From: Anthoceros angustus
Taxonomy: Eukaryota > Plantae > Anthocerotophyta
DNA length: 64,000 nt
Assembly: GCA_010909165.1 (NCBI GenBank)
Contig: VJWM01000182.1
Coordinates: 372,001 to 436,000 of the forward strand
Direction: 5' to 3'
Position numbers and translations under genes: made by a program. Each line of letters starts with the position of its first letter. The first letter of the stretch is position 1. Shown here one piece after another: positions 13,031 to 26,900 of this stretch. A model generated the notes under the pieces. The model ran no database searches. It was not told where the DNA came from and saw only the letters and a list, made by a program, of their open reading frames with translations.

Positions 13031-13740
13031 TGAATAACATTTGTTTTTCCCTTTACATACGTAGAAATTAATATTTTCTAAATTTCTTCATGTACAATTT
13101 TTTGTGAAAGTGGTAAAAAAATATGAAGGAATTACATCGGATCATGTTGTGCCATGTATAGAGTACTTGGGCCACATCTTGGCACCTTAACCCTGGACCG
13201 GCATGTGAGATGTGCCGAGTTCGAGGATTGGTAGGAGAACATTCACCTTGGCATCCTATGTATGCTCGATTGGGATGGAAACCAGCCGTCCTCAACGACC
13301 GTTCGAGCTGAACTGTTTGCAGGAACTTGTATTCAAGCTCCAGTGTATTGAGAATGCGCCTGCTCCCTCTTGCATGGTTGAAGGGTTGAGGTTTACCTGA
13401 AAATTGTTTCCGATTCTTCCAATGTTGAGCTTTGGGAGGTTTCAACCCTCCCTCCCAAAGCTTGAAGATTCAAAATGAGCCCAACATTGGAAGAATCTGA
13501 AAGAAACAACTGTGAATCATCGAGAAATGTGGTACTAATACTAGAACCTTTTTTTTACGGAATTTGAGATTTTATGAAGAAAAGATGCGAAGCAAAAAAG
13601 TCCCCCAAAACGAAGACAAAGTTCCATCAGGCAACAGAGCGGAACAAAAGGGCCTATGCAAGGGCCGGAATGGCAAAGAGGCAACAGCAGAAACCATGAA
13701 AAACATGGGCGAACCTAGTGGAGTAGCGGCCAACTCAAGA

Positions 13741-16300
13741 ATTTGTCCTTGGCTTACGAAATGGTCATCCAGAATGGCAAAAATTTGACCTTCAGACAGG
13801 ACATGGTCATGATGAGTGAAAAATATTTGTCATTGGGTCACGAATTGGTGATCCAAAATGGCAAAATTATGTCCTTGGACCACGAAATGCTCATCAACAT
13901 GGGAAATAATTGTCCTTGGATCACGATATGGTAATCCATAATGGGAAAAATTTGTCCTTGGCTCACGAAAATGTCTTCAAAACGGGCGGCCTATATATGG
14001 CAATCATGCATGTATGCCATACCTGCACAAATAGGTCTTGTGAACAATGTCCGAAGTTGCGCGTGGGAAAAACGGCATGTGAATGCCATATGTGCACAAA
14101 TAGGTTTTGTGGAAAAACTCCGAAGTTGGGCGCGGGGAAAACGGCATGAGAAGGCTATGAGCCAGCTGGCATGCCCTAGGACTTACGCCTTCCCCCTCCC
14201 CCTCTCACCCCTTTTCCGCTGTCACCACAAGGTTACCTGACCTCCCTTGTCGGCCATCGGCACTTAGCAGTTTCTCTTCCCTTTGTCGCGGTTAGCGATT
14301 GTGCAGGTGACTCGGTTTAGGGTTTAGGGTTTAGGGTTTAGGGTTTAGGGTTTAGGGTTTAGGGTTTAGGGTTTAGGGTTTGGGACGTTGACTTTGAAGA
14401 TTTGGTCAAGTCGCGCTTAAGCTCGCAACAAATCCCGACCGTCGTCACCGTGGATGTGATTTTCAAAAGGTCGGCTCGGAGCGAGGAGGAGGGGCCCATC
14501 AATTTGCTTGCGGTCGGAGAGGTCGGAAGCCGAGAAAATGGCCAAGAGCACGAGACTGGCCGGTACGGCAAGACAACGCTGGATGGAAGCACGAAGGATG
14601 GTCCTAAGACGCAAGTGGGCGCTGAAGAATGCGGATTCGACTGAAGTGGAGAGGGTGGATGGTCATCGTGTGGAGCAGGAGGCGGCGAGAGAGGTGCCGG
14701 GTGTTGGAGGGGAGCAACTTCCTACAGCAGTGGAGTTTGCTGCCGAAGAGGAGGATGATGCACATAGAAAGCAGCCGCAAGGGGAGTGGGTGTCTCTAAT
14801 AGGTGGGGAGCTAACGATGGAGCTATTTGTTACAGGAGAGAATCCAAAACTTTCAGAGGAGGAATCTGCCAGGGCCGTGACATCCGGAGGGGAGGAGGAA
14901 TTTAGCGTGAGTCCGGAGAAAGAGGACTGTGGTGATCGGGAGAAGCATGGTGGTGCTGCCCAAGAGGCCGACGGGATGTCACGGCCCTGGCAGATCCCTC
15001 CTCTGACAGCTTTGGATTCTCTCATGCAGCAAACAGCTCTAGCGTTAGCTCCCCACCTGTTGGAGACACCCACTCCCCTTGCGGCCGCTTTCTCTCAAGA
15101 TCGCCTCCTCTCCGTGACTCCTCACAGATAGTTGCTCCCCTGCACCTCTCGCCGCCTCGCCCACGCCATGAGCATCCACCCTCTCCACTTGATGGAATCG
15201 GCATTCTCCACGCGGCCGTGCCCACCTCACTTGCCGCTCACCATCTGCCGTGCTTCCATCCAACTGGGCCGCCGCCGTGCACCGCCAAGTCCCTTGCTCG
15301 GGCATTTTCCGGCCCAAGACTCTCCTAGCGATTGGCGCAAACGGCGATGGGCCCTCCTCTCCTCCTTCCGAGGCAGTGACATTTTGGGCACCGACATCGA
15401 TGGCACGAATTGGCGGGGTTTGTTGCAGGCTTAAGCGAATAGCTTCAGCCAAATCTTCAAAGTCAACGTCCCAAACCATGGTCGAGCAAGGCCAACCGAG
15501 TCACCTGCACAATCGCTAACAAAGTGAAGAGGAACTGCGAAGTGACGATGGCCGACAAGGGAGGTCAAGTAACCCTGTGGTGATGGGGGAAGAGGCGCGA
15601 GAGGGGAGGCGAGGGGCTCAAGTCCTAGGGCATGCCAGCTGGCTCATGTGCCATGCTCCAAGGACCATGCATGCCATTTCAAGGGCAATACCGACTTAGA
15701 ACCCGCCACTTGCGAATGTCCACCACACCTTTTTGTGCACATATGGCATGCCATTTCAAGGGCAATACCGACTTAGAACCCGCCACTTCGGCGAATGTCC
15801 ACCACACCTTTTTGTGCACATATGGCATACATGCATGATTGGCATATATAGGCCTCCCATTTTGATGACATTTTCGTAAGCCAAGGACAAATTTAGCCCT
15901 TTATGGATTACCATATCGTGATCGAAGGACAATTATTTGTCATTGTTCATGCGCATTTCGTGGTCCAAGGACATGAAATTCCCATTTTGTATGGCCATTT
16001 CGTGACCCAAGGACAAATGTTTCTCATTCTTCATGACCATGTCTTGGCTGTAGGTCAAATTTTTGCCATTCTGGATGACCATTTCGTAAGCCAAGGACAA
16101 AATGTTTCCCATGATGGAGGATCATTTTGTGATCGAAGGACAATTATTTGCCATTGTTCATGAGCATTTCGTGATCCAAGGACATAATTTTGCCATATTG
16201 GATAGTTTTGCCATATCGGTAATGACCATAGATATGGCATGCCATTTCAAGGGCAATACCAGCTTAGAACCTGCCATGCTCCAAGGACCATGCATGTGTT
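13741..16300. mobile_element. Large imperfect palindrome (foldback-like element) with arms built from ~40-bp TGTCCTTGG..CACGAAATG repeats, centred near 14930
   Basis: 13741-13800 is the reverse complement of ~16045-16100; 14150-14405 mirrors 15445-15645; 14630-14830 mirrors 15030-15200. Confidence 0.75.
14316..14378 (+). repeat. Interstitial telomeric repeat (TTTAGGG)9
   Basis: Nine perfect TTTAGGG units read directly. Confidence 0.97.
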
Positions 16301-17414
16301 GATTTGCTATATTTATGCTTTGCCCCGTTCTCGCATACCACACTGTCTACCGTTCCAGACCGCGATGCAACGATGTCCGCGACCACATTCCAAGTAACCC
16401 CGTGGTGACGGTAGGACGGTGGCCATGGGGTGTGAGGAGGGTGGAGGTGGTGGGGCGGGAGGTGGGGAGGGGAAGAGGAGAGAGGAGGGAGACTTCGTGG
16501 CATGCCATGCCACCTGGGTCCTTGCCTTGCCATGGCGCCTTCACTGCACGCTACTTCTTGTATGTGCAGAAACCCTTCCGTGTCCACGTATGCCATTCCT
16601 CCATGCATGCCATTTATAGTCCCCGATTTTTTATGCCCATTTCGTGACCCAAGGACAAGTGTTTGCAATTCGCTTTCTGAGTGGCCGATGACCAAGGAAG
16701 TGCCAGGCCATGACAAGGTCATGGCCATCTAACAACCTGCCATGAATCAAGGACAATGGCTCCCTTTCTCTCGAATAAAATTGTCCCCTCCACCATGGTC
16801 CAAGAAAGGTGTGTGCAAGCCATTAGAATATTTGAAAACCCATGGCATGGAAGCATCCTTATACTATACACATGTGGTCTATGGTGATAAATGTACTATA
16901 TTATTCTAAGTGCTATACGGGCGTATTCAATTTCATATAAAATAAGTTTGTATATTACGCATATTACATACGTACAGTGGTCTGTACATATTCATGGTAC
17001 GATACTTTGTATTTACTATACGTGTAAATAGTGACGGCCCTTTATACCCCTACTTTATAGCATGTCGGCTTGCGGTTTGTCCTTCCCACGTCACCAATAG
17101 CCATCGGCTTCCTGCCATGGCGCCCAAGAAGATATTGTCCCCACCTATCACCTTATTGTGACGCATCACCGTGAGGTTATGCCCCTACAAGATTGTCAGT
17201 GGAGGAGATTTGGTATCGCGGCTTATGCTTTTCGCCTCCATGTAAGGCACTTCCTACTCCATCGTATGCACCTATAGGAAACTTCCACCCTCCCGTTCGA
17301 TTCGCAATTTTCTTATTCCCCTCCCGCTTACGTTCGGCCGAGGCAAGCTTTGCCACTTCCACCGCTTCCTCCTCTGCACACGCTGTACATACAAACCGAC
17401 ATGGCCATCATGAG

Positions 17415-20400
17415 TTATCCAAATAATGGGTCTCCACGAAAGCCGACCATTTTTCTTACCTTTCCTCCGCCCCTCCTCGCTTTTCCGCCTTCTTGCTGGA
17501 CATTTTCCTCTTCCGTCCTCCTTCTTGGCTGCAGCCTGCGCTCACTGCCCACCGCCGCCGCCTCTACTCCTCCTCCTGTTTTCCTCTTTTGGCCTCCACC
17601 CTTTATTGCAGGTGGCGTTGCCTCAACTGGGGCTCCACTATGCAGGTCCATACTCTCAGCATCCGAGGCTGCAAGATATGTGTCTAGCATGAAATTAGGC
17701 ACATCGTCCTCTTCAGCACCTGCCTCCTCTGCTGCGTCCATGTTATCTGCAGCGTCCCCCCCACGTCCTGTCCCCCCCCCTGGCCTCCATCTGTACATTG
17801 GCCTTTGCCGATATCAAAGGCACCTGCATGATGCCCTCTTAGTCCTCCTTCATTCTCTCTCCCCCTCGACATCTGCCTCATGCTAGTTACGCGCCTTTTT
17901 GCCCCTGCCCCGACCATGGCTGCTGCTGGGTGATCCACTGTTGTCCGTCCTCCGCCACCCGCTCCTCCTAGTCCCCCATTGATTTTTTGGCTGTCCATAG
18001 TGCACACAAGTGTGTTTTCAGTTGCCCCCCTCCGTGCTCCACCACCCGACTCCTGCCCTCCACACTCCTTGTTCCTGCCCTCCATTGGCGTCGTCACTCC
18101 ATATGATCCCAACGGCCTCCACCCTCCGCATACATGGCCGTCACCTTGCGGCCTCGGGCACTCCTCCATATGTATTATATTGCCCAAATGGCGCAGCGCT
18201 CTCAATGCACCCATTACTGCATTTTACCACTAATCATCGTCTTCCACTGACCATTCCCACACGACACTTGGGTATTGGCACATTCTGCCATTGGATACTG
18301 TGCTTGTTTGTTTGAAAATAGTTTAATGCCCACTTGACATGCAGGTTCTGCCCCATCCGTGCAGCTACGCAATCGACATGCCACAAGCTATGTGCCACCG
18401 CGCATGGGTTCCTCCTCCTCCATCCCTCGCCGAGTAGGCGGCCAGGCCCACCCTGTTTCCATCCTTTGTCTCGGATGCATCATGCCTTGAGTTACTGCGA
18501 TGGCCACACAAATGGACCATCGATGGAGTGCACCACACGGAAACCTTCTCGGTATTCACAAGGTCAAACCGGTGTCGACTTCATGATGGCCTTGTCCCTC
18601 TGGCCGACACTCGTACCATCAACCTTCAGCTGGATTATACTCCTCAGAAGCGCATCCATGATGTTGCTCTATGTGGCCGTAGAAGGCGCTCCTCTTGAGC
18701 TCCCGGCAGCCTGTCCCACCCATGATAAACTTTGCTTTTCACTATCTTTTGTGCTCCGCCGCTTGTCCGCCTCCATTGATACGAGGTGGCTGCCTTTGTT
18801 CCACATGTGACTATGTGCCAATGCTTGCAACGCAGGCCATCCATTATAGCCCTCACTTGTGGGTCATAGCGGATGCCTCCCAAGCGCTCACCGCCCTTCG
18901 CATGCACCCACCTCTTGCAAGTTCGTCGTTCTTCATGGGCACCGTACATCCTCACCTCTTCATTGTATATGTCCAAAAACGGCTGCATCACCTTCGTGTG
19001 ATACCAAGACATAAGTATGGGCCTGGCGCACCTCAACGGCATCCATTGTGTACACGCGACCGACACCTAACAGCTTTTCTCCCACACGGTCCTCGGGCCT
19101 CCATGATCCCACGTGACCATAGTAACGCCGGAGGAATGACATGCCGAAATGCATACTCTCCTCTCTCATATACCCCTCGCCTATCTTGGACTTTGTTTGC
19201 GCCGTCACTTCTGGATCCTAAGTATCTCTCCACCGGGTACATCCACCTAGGGTGCACGGGGCCCAATGCAACCACCTCGTCCACTAAATGTATTATGAGG
19301 TGGGTTGATATATCAAAGACCTTTGGAGGAATTGCTTTTCCAGAGCACATCACCCATGACCTCTTCTCGTTGTGCTTGAATTTCATGGCCGGTATTGTCC
19401 ATTGGCAAATCCATCTGTCTGATCGACCCAATTTCACAACCGCCTTGTACACCTCGGGTCTATGCACCCCGAAGGCGATGGGAAGATGATTTCCAGCATG
19501 ATGTGCGATCATGGCACTTCAAGCTTCACTTTGCCCCCTCTAATTTCGCTCCTATGTTAGACCCATAGCACATGGGCAGCTTTATGCTTAATTCTCTATG
19601 ACTTGACGAGGTCGTCTTTCGACAAAACGTAAGATGCCTCGGGGCAATGGCCATCCTCTCCTACCGGCCACAACCACCTTTTCCCTCCATTGGCTTCCAT
19701 GTCCATCCTTGATGCCAGGTCGTCTCGCTCTCCCGTCAAAGTGTGCCATATGGCCTCTGCATTGTTCTTTTCCATGTGCATGACATCCTTTGGCGCCAAC
19801 ACAAGTAGGTGACGCCAGTATGGCAGCACCCTAAACAGGGAAGACATCCGCCGAGTTCCAAAATTTCCTCGCTGACGGATCTCGGCTGGTGTCGCACCTT
19901 CTCTGCGTACCATATCTGTCACCACATCATCAAACGTTGGTGGCCTAGGTGGGGGATGGAGTTCCGCCCGTCCATCGTACCAGTCCATGTCTTTCCACCG
20001 TCCGCTATCACCTTCTGGTAACCACCTCATGTTGCCAACATAAATCTGTTTTTTTAACTGATGAGAATCGCTAGCGGGAATCCAGGTCCAGCCAGCAATC
20101 CACACACGCACGGGTCCCTTTCACTTGCAATCCAGTCAGGGTGCCCAACCTCGGTAGTCGGCAATGACGCTCAAACCGCCGCACCCTAAAATGCCTCCTA
20201 GGATCGCTCACCGATTGAAAAGTCTTCCATGTCCACCCCTCTCCACAGCTCTTCCAGTTCTTCTACCAGGGGCGCCATATAAACATCAAAATTTTTTACC
20301 ATGCCCGGTCTTCGTATCAGAGGCATGATGACATGGGCGTCCTTTGTGCTAGCCCAGGGAGGCATGTTGTGAACGAATAGCATAACTGGCCATATGGACG

Positions 20401-23400
20401 TGTTGATAGACCTCTGGCCAAACGGGTTGAAGCCGTCTGTGCATAATGCCAACCTCAAGTTGCGAGGTTCATCCCCGAACCCTTCAACTGCATCAAGTGC
20501 TCTCCATGCTGGGGTGTCTGCCATCATGGACATGTCCCCATTCTCGCTTTGCCTCCCGACATACCAAGTCATCATCTGTGCTATTTCCAGCATTCGGAAC
20601 ATGCGTTTCAATCGCGTCTTTAGAGGAAAATGCCAGAGGACCTTCCGGGGAACAGCGTCTCGCTCATCAAACCCTTCCTTGTACCACGGCTACATCAGGG
20701 CAATGGACGCTCACAGACTCACCGAATAGAATACAATCTTTTCACAAGCATGGATTTTCACGTATCTTGGCCCAAACATGTGCAACATCGACTTTGCCTC
20801 GCATATGTCCTTGACTTGTTTGGAAGGCAAAATATCCACACTTAAGAGCTTTAAAAGTGTCACGCCGACGCCACTAATGTCATACATGGTTTGCCACGAC
20901 AGCAACAACAGTATGGTGCTTAGCTTGCTTTCTTTCGATTGGACTTCCTCTTCAATGTGCTATAACGGCGCCGCCCGGCTGCAACATCCTCGACTCCATC
21001 CCCGCCACTACAACATCCGTGGCTTCCAAAGAACTCGCCCACTTGTGTACTTGCATATCATCACCTCCCGGACCCTCGTCCATACTTTCGGCGTCGGAAC
21101 TACTAGTTTGGTCGGTAAGATGGCCACCGGTTCCCCGCCGACCCATCCGAGCCGTATCCGAATCCGTCTAGGGTGGGGAGACACAAGACGCCGCTTCTTC
21201 TATGTCCGCCGTGGCTCGCCGACCGCAAAAAAAACCATATTAAAGCTAGAATTGGAGTGCATTTGCTGGCCATTGATGCGAGAGAACTCAACCGCGGTGC
21301 TCGGAGTGGCAGAGGGGCACTTGAAATGTGTTGAATACGAGCTGCGAGCTCTCGACACGGCGGGGACAATACATGTACACCGTGACCGTGATTTCGTGGC
21401 ATCCTCCCTGTGGTCGTGATCCGTAGTCACGGCAACCACAAAGACAAAGATAGGTGGTACATCCGCATAACGCCACCGCCCCCACCGTGTACTATTATGA
21501 CTTCATGACCCATAAACACGCACACACGTAGGAGCTGGAATTTGCTTGCGAAACCATGGACTAAGCACAAATGCATCACCGATTATGGAGATCCGTTGTC
21601 CGTGATGACACCAGCTCGGAGGGTAAGTCGTCCACGTGTACGCCGGGCATATCATCACCTCCGGACCCTCGTCCATACTTTCGTCGTCGGAACTACTAGT
21701 TTGGTCGGTAAGATGGCCACCGGTTCCCCGTCGGACCATGAGCCGTATTTGAATCCGTCTAGGGTGGGGAGACACAAGGCGCCGCTCTTCTATGTCCGCC
21801 GTGGCTCGCCGACCGCAAAAAAAAACCATATTAAAGCTAGAATTGGAGTGCATTTGCTGGCCATTGATGCGAGAGAACTCAGCCAGCGGGTACAGGCGGT
21901 GGCGCAGTGCACTCTTGAAATGTGTTGAATCGAGCTGCGAGCTCTCGACCTGTGGCGGCGGGGACAATACATGTACGCATGCATTTCGTGGCATCCTCCC
22001 GGTCGTGATCCGGTAGTCACGGCAACCACAAAGACAAAGATAGGTGGTACATCCGTTTTCGAACGCCACCGCCCCCACCGTGTACTATTATGACTTCATG
22101 ACCCATAAACAGACCACACGTAGGGCTGGAATTTGCTTGCGAAACCATGGGCCAGGCACAAATGCATCACGATTATGGAGATCCGTTGTCCGTGATGACA
22201 CCAGCTCGGAGGGTAAGTCGTCCGTCGATCGGGGCAAAGCTACGCCAAGACGATGCACGCATCACACAGCAAAGACTGGGTCATGACAAGAACCTCGCGC
22301 CTCGGGACATCACCAATAGAATTTGCGACCGAGCCACCACCGCTTATAATCCCAACTCATTGGGGCCGGCGGAGCACGCTTGGTGGGTACGACATCGATG
22401 CACGCAATGTTCCCCGCACCGCCGCAAGCTAGCGGAGTGGATGGCCGGGCTCTATGTCATGCGCGTTAGCGGATTCCCAACGGGCAGAGCCTAAGCGTAG
22501 TGTAGGGGTGACATCCGCAATGGAAAGGGAGGATCCGCACCGACGAGCTAGGTTAGACGAACCGGTAGGAAATAGCAAGTGGACGGAAGGTCATTAATGC
22601 CCTTGGATCGGACCCCATACCACAACGACACGAGACAAAGTACGCCCCGGCCGCCAAAGTGTGCCATATGGCCTCGCATTGTTCTTTTCCACGTGCATGA
22701 CATCCTTTGGCGCCATCACAAGGTGACGCCAATATGGGAGCACCCTAAACAGAGAAGACATCCGCCGAGTTCCAAAATTTCCTCACGGATCTCGGTGGCG
22801 CACCTTCTCTGCGTACCATATCCGCCACCACATCATCAAACGCGTTGGTCGGTGGGGATGGAGTTCCGCCCGTCCATCGTATCACCCATGTCTTCCACCG
22901 TCCGCTATCACCTTCGTAACCACCTCTGTTGCCAACATAAATCTGCTTTTTTAACTGATGAGAATAGCGGGAATCCAGGGCCAGCCAACAATCCACACAC
23001 GCACGGGTCCCTTTCACTTGCAATCCAGTCAGGGTGCCCAAGCCTGGGTAATCGGCAATGACGTTCAAAACCGCTGCTCGCACCCTGAAATGCCTCCTAG
23101 GATCGTTCACCGGTATTGAAAAGTCTTCCATGTCCACCCCTCTCCACAGCTCTTCCAGTTCTTCTACCAGGGGCGCCATATAAACATCAAAATTTTTGAC
23201 CATGCCCGGTCCTGGTACAATGAGAGGCATGATGACATGGGCGTCCTTTGTGCTAGCCCAGGGAGGCATGTTGTGAACGAATAGCATAACTGGCCATATG
23301 GACGTGTTGACAGACCTGTGACCAAAGGGGTTGAAGCCGTCTGTGCATAATGCCAACCTCAAGTTGCGAGGTTCATCCCCGAACCCTTCAACTGCATCAA

Positions 23401-25626
23401 ATACTCTCCATGTTGGGGTGTCTGCCATCATGGACATGTCCCCATTCTCGCTTTGCCTCCCGACGTACCAAGTCATCATTTGTGCTATTTCCGGCATTCT
23501 GAACATGCGTTTCAATCGCGTCTTTAGAGGAAAATGCCAGAGGACCTTGCGGGGAACAGCGTCTCACTCATCAAACCCTTCCTTGTGCCAAGCGCGCAAT
23601 CAGGGCAATGGACGCTCCCAGACTCACCCCCGAATAGAATACAATCTTTTCACAAGCATGGATTTTCACGTATCTTGGCCCAAACATGTGCAACATCGAC
23701 TTTGCCTCGTACATGTCCTTGACTTGTTTGGAATTGGATATCCACACTTAAGAGCTTTAAAAGTGTCACATGACGCCACTAATGTCATACATGGTTTGCC
23801 ACAGCGGCAACAACGATGGTGCTTAGCTTGCTTTCTTTCGATTGACTTCCTCTTCAATGTGGTATAACGGCTGCCGCAGACAAGCACCTATCACGGACTC
23901 CATCCCCGCCACTGCAACATCCGTGGCTTCCAAAGAACTCGCCCACTGTGCACTTGTGCATATCATCACCTCCCGAACCCTCATCCATACTTTCGTCGTC
24001 GGAACTACTAGTTTGGTCGGTAAGATGGCCACCGGTTCCCTCGCCGACCCATCCGAGCCGTATCCGAATCCGTCTAGGGTGGGGAGACACCAAGACGCCG
24101 CTTCTTCTATGTCCGCCGTGGCTCGCCGACCGCAAAAAAAACCATATTAAAGCTAGAATTGGAGTGCATTTGCTGGCCATTGATGCGAGAGAACTCAACC
24201 GCGGTGCTCGGAGTGGCAGAGGGGCACTTGAAATGTGTTGAATACGAGCTGCGAGCTCTCGACACGGCGGGGACAATACATGTACACCGTGACCGCATTT
24301 CGTGGCATCCTCCCTGTGGTCGTGATCCGTAGTCACGGCAACCACAAAGACAAAGATAGGTGGTACATCCGCATAACGCCACCGCCCCCACCGTGTACTA
24401 TTATGACTTCATGACCCATAAACACGCACACACGTAGGAGCTGGAATTTGCTTGCGAAACCATGGACTAAGCACAAATGCATCACCGATTATGGAGATCC
24501 GTTGTCCGTGATGACACCAGCTCGGAGGGTAAGTCGTCCACGTGTACGCCGGGCATATCATCACCTCCCGGACCCTCGTCCATACTTTCGTCGTCGGAAC
24601 TACTAGTTTGGTCGGTAAGATGGCCATCGCTGGTTCCCCCGTCAGACCCAACTGAGCCCGTATTTGAATCCGTCTAGGGTGGGGAGACACCTGCAAGACT
24701 GCCGCTCTCTTCTATGTCCGCTCGTGGCTCGCCGAACTGCAAAAAAAACCATATTAAGGCTAGGATTGGAGTGCATTTGCTGGCCAGTGATGCGAGAGAA
24801 CTCACAGCGGGTGCACAGGCGGTGGCGCGGGCAGTGCACTCTTGAAATGTGTTGAATCGAGCTGCGAGCTCTCGACCTGTGGCGGCGGGGACAATACATG
24901 TACACCGCATCTGCATTTCGTGGCATCCTCCCCAGGGTCGTGATCTGGTAGTCACGGCAACCACAGCACAGCATAGGTGGTACATCCGTTTTGCGAACGC
25001 CACCGTCCCCACCGTGTACTATTATGACTTCATGACCCATAAACACAGACCACACGTAGGAGCTGGAATTTGCTTGCAGAAACCATGGACGGAAGCACAA
25101 ATGCATCACCTGATTATGGAGATCCCGTTGTCCGTGATGACACCAGCTCGGAGGGTAAGTCGTCCGTCGATCGGGGGCAAAGCAGCTACGCCAAGACGAT
25201 GCACGCATCACACAGCAGCATCTGGGGCTGTGACAAGAACCTCGCGCCTCGGGACATCACCAATAGAATTTGCGCGACCCAGAAGCCACCACCGCCTTAT
25301 AATCCCAACTCATTGGGCGACAGGGAGCACGCTTGGTGGGTACGACACTGGATGCACGCAATGTTCCCGACCGTCGCTGCAAGCTAGCGGGAGTGGATGG
25401 CTGCCGGGCTCTATGTCATGCGCGTTAGCGGATTCCCAACGGGGCACGGAGCCTAAGCGTAGTGTAGGGGTGACATCTGCAATGGAAAGGGAGGATCTGC
25501 GCGCTGACGAGCTAGGTTAGACGAACCGAGTAGGAAATAGCAAGTGGACGGGAAGGTCATTAATGCCCTTGGGATCGGACCCCATACCACAACGACACGA
25601 GACAAAGTACGCCCGGCTGGCCGTCA
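17415..25626 (-). mobile_element. CACTA/En-Spm DNA transposon, degenerate, with internal tandem duplications
   Basis: Tnp2/Transposase_21-type peptide RNLRLALCTDGFNPFG...SIWPVMLFVHNMPPW...FDVYMAPLVEELEELW...ADYPGL (two copies); KDVMHMEKN; DUF4218-type PPKVFDISTHLIIHLVDEV...GPVHPRWMYPVERYLG; a low-complexity downstream ORF at 17415-18214. Termini not identified. Confidence 0.9.
19733..25626. repeat. ~2.9-kb tandem duplication (19733..22650, 22651..25626), each copy containing an internal ~600-bp duplication
   Basis: Collinear near-identity with many indels. CCGTCA/CCGCCA occurs at 19733, 22651 and 25621; inner repeat units start near 21055/21650 and 23960/24556. Confidence 0.9.
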
Positions 25627-25969
25627 GCGAAAGTAGTACCACAGTGATCGATCCAACACTCACCACCCATGGCCACATCTATGCGCGGAGAAACTAAAGA
25701 AGTGGCAAGCTTAACCTGGTGACAGAGCTAAGAATCGAGACAAGCGCTTGAAATTGCAGCAACAAAGGTGCCTCATTTCTTCTATGTACATTCATAGCCG
25801 TTGCTAGGTTGAGCTATGGCTTCACTGATGCTAATTGGTATGTTCAAACTGAGGAGAAAACGGTCGTAATGGGCAGGCGTCCATTCCCAACTTGGCTGAC
25901 ATGACGACTGAGGAGTTCATTGATAAAGCGCACAAGAAACTAGGCAGAGGAAGAGATGTAAGCATGCCA

Positions 25970-26900
25970 GCAGGCGATTGAGGAGAAAGTTTTCCCAACC
26001 ATCAGTGCTGCCGCTAGGGCCTTTAACATTCCCAGAAAAAGTGTGCATGAATGGGCCACGAGAATTGTGTAGACTTCGGCTGCGTTTGGCAACCTTCTAA
26101 TAGCCCACAGCTGTGGACGATACCGTCCGCCTCGCGCACGTTCCTCGCACAGACTCTACCAGGGGGGGGCACCGGAGCACCAGAGCGCAGGGCTGGAGGA
26201 ACCACTCCGAGGTTGGCTGTCCGTTTCATAATCGATCCGGGGTTCGTATTACCCACTACACCCCAGCGTCCGTATCACTCACCTGGTTACAACCGCGCGA
26301 TTTACGTTACGTCTCACTAGTACATTACCGTACAGGCCCGGTATGGTCGAACGTTTAAGGACTCGTTCTCGTCCCAATGTTCTCTTTCTCTCCCTTGTGA
26401 CTCCCTCGTCGTTCCCTTTTTTTCGTCCTCGTCCGCACCCAGAGGTGCCTGGTTGAAGTTGCGTGTCCCGATGTGTGTGGGTTGCAGCATCTCCGCGTTT
26501 GCGACCGCCAGTCCGACTGATGGTGACCCTAGCATTTCATATATGGATGAGGAGCAAGCACTCCAAGCAGTGGTGCTATCTCAGTGGATGGGCACGTCAC
26601 CTAGGGTTTTTCATTACGAAGAGATCGAGGGAGGCAGCCGTGTTGCAGATATCCTGCCCTTCCCTACCAGGGAGGAGCTTCTTGCTGCCAACTCTAAGAA
26701 GAGGAAGTCCTATGCACATTCACAACTTATAACAGCAAATGAGTGGATCACAGCGAAGGCAAGGAGGAAAGAGGAAAAGGTCCTCGGTTTGAGGAGAAAC
26801 AAGAGAGGAAGCAAGGTCGTATCCTGGAAAGATTGAGAAAGAATTGGTTGCAGTGGAATGGAGAAACGAAAACCTGTGGCCAATTCCAAGCCGAGAAGAA
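25970..26900 (+). mobile_element. Degenerate pogo/Fot1-like (Tc1-mariner superfamily) transposase remnant
   Basis: QAIEEKVFPTISAAARAFNIPRKSVHEW resembles the HTH_psq N-terminus. ILPFP...SQLITANEWI followed by a K/E/R-rich tail resembles the C-terminus of such transposases. No DDE core seen. Confidence 0.45.

Noticed and set aside
14359-15519. ORFs of 130-207 aa inside the palindrome
   Set aside because: No recognisable domain; mirrored fragments on both strands with broken frames.
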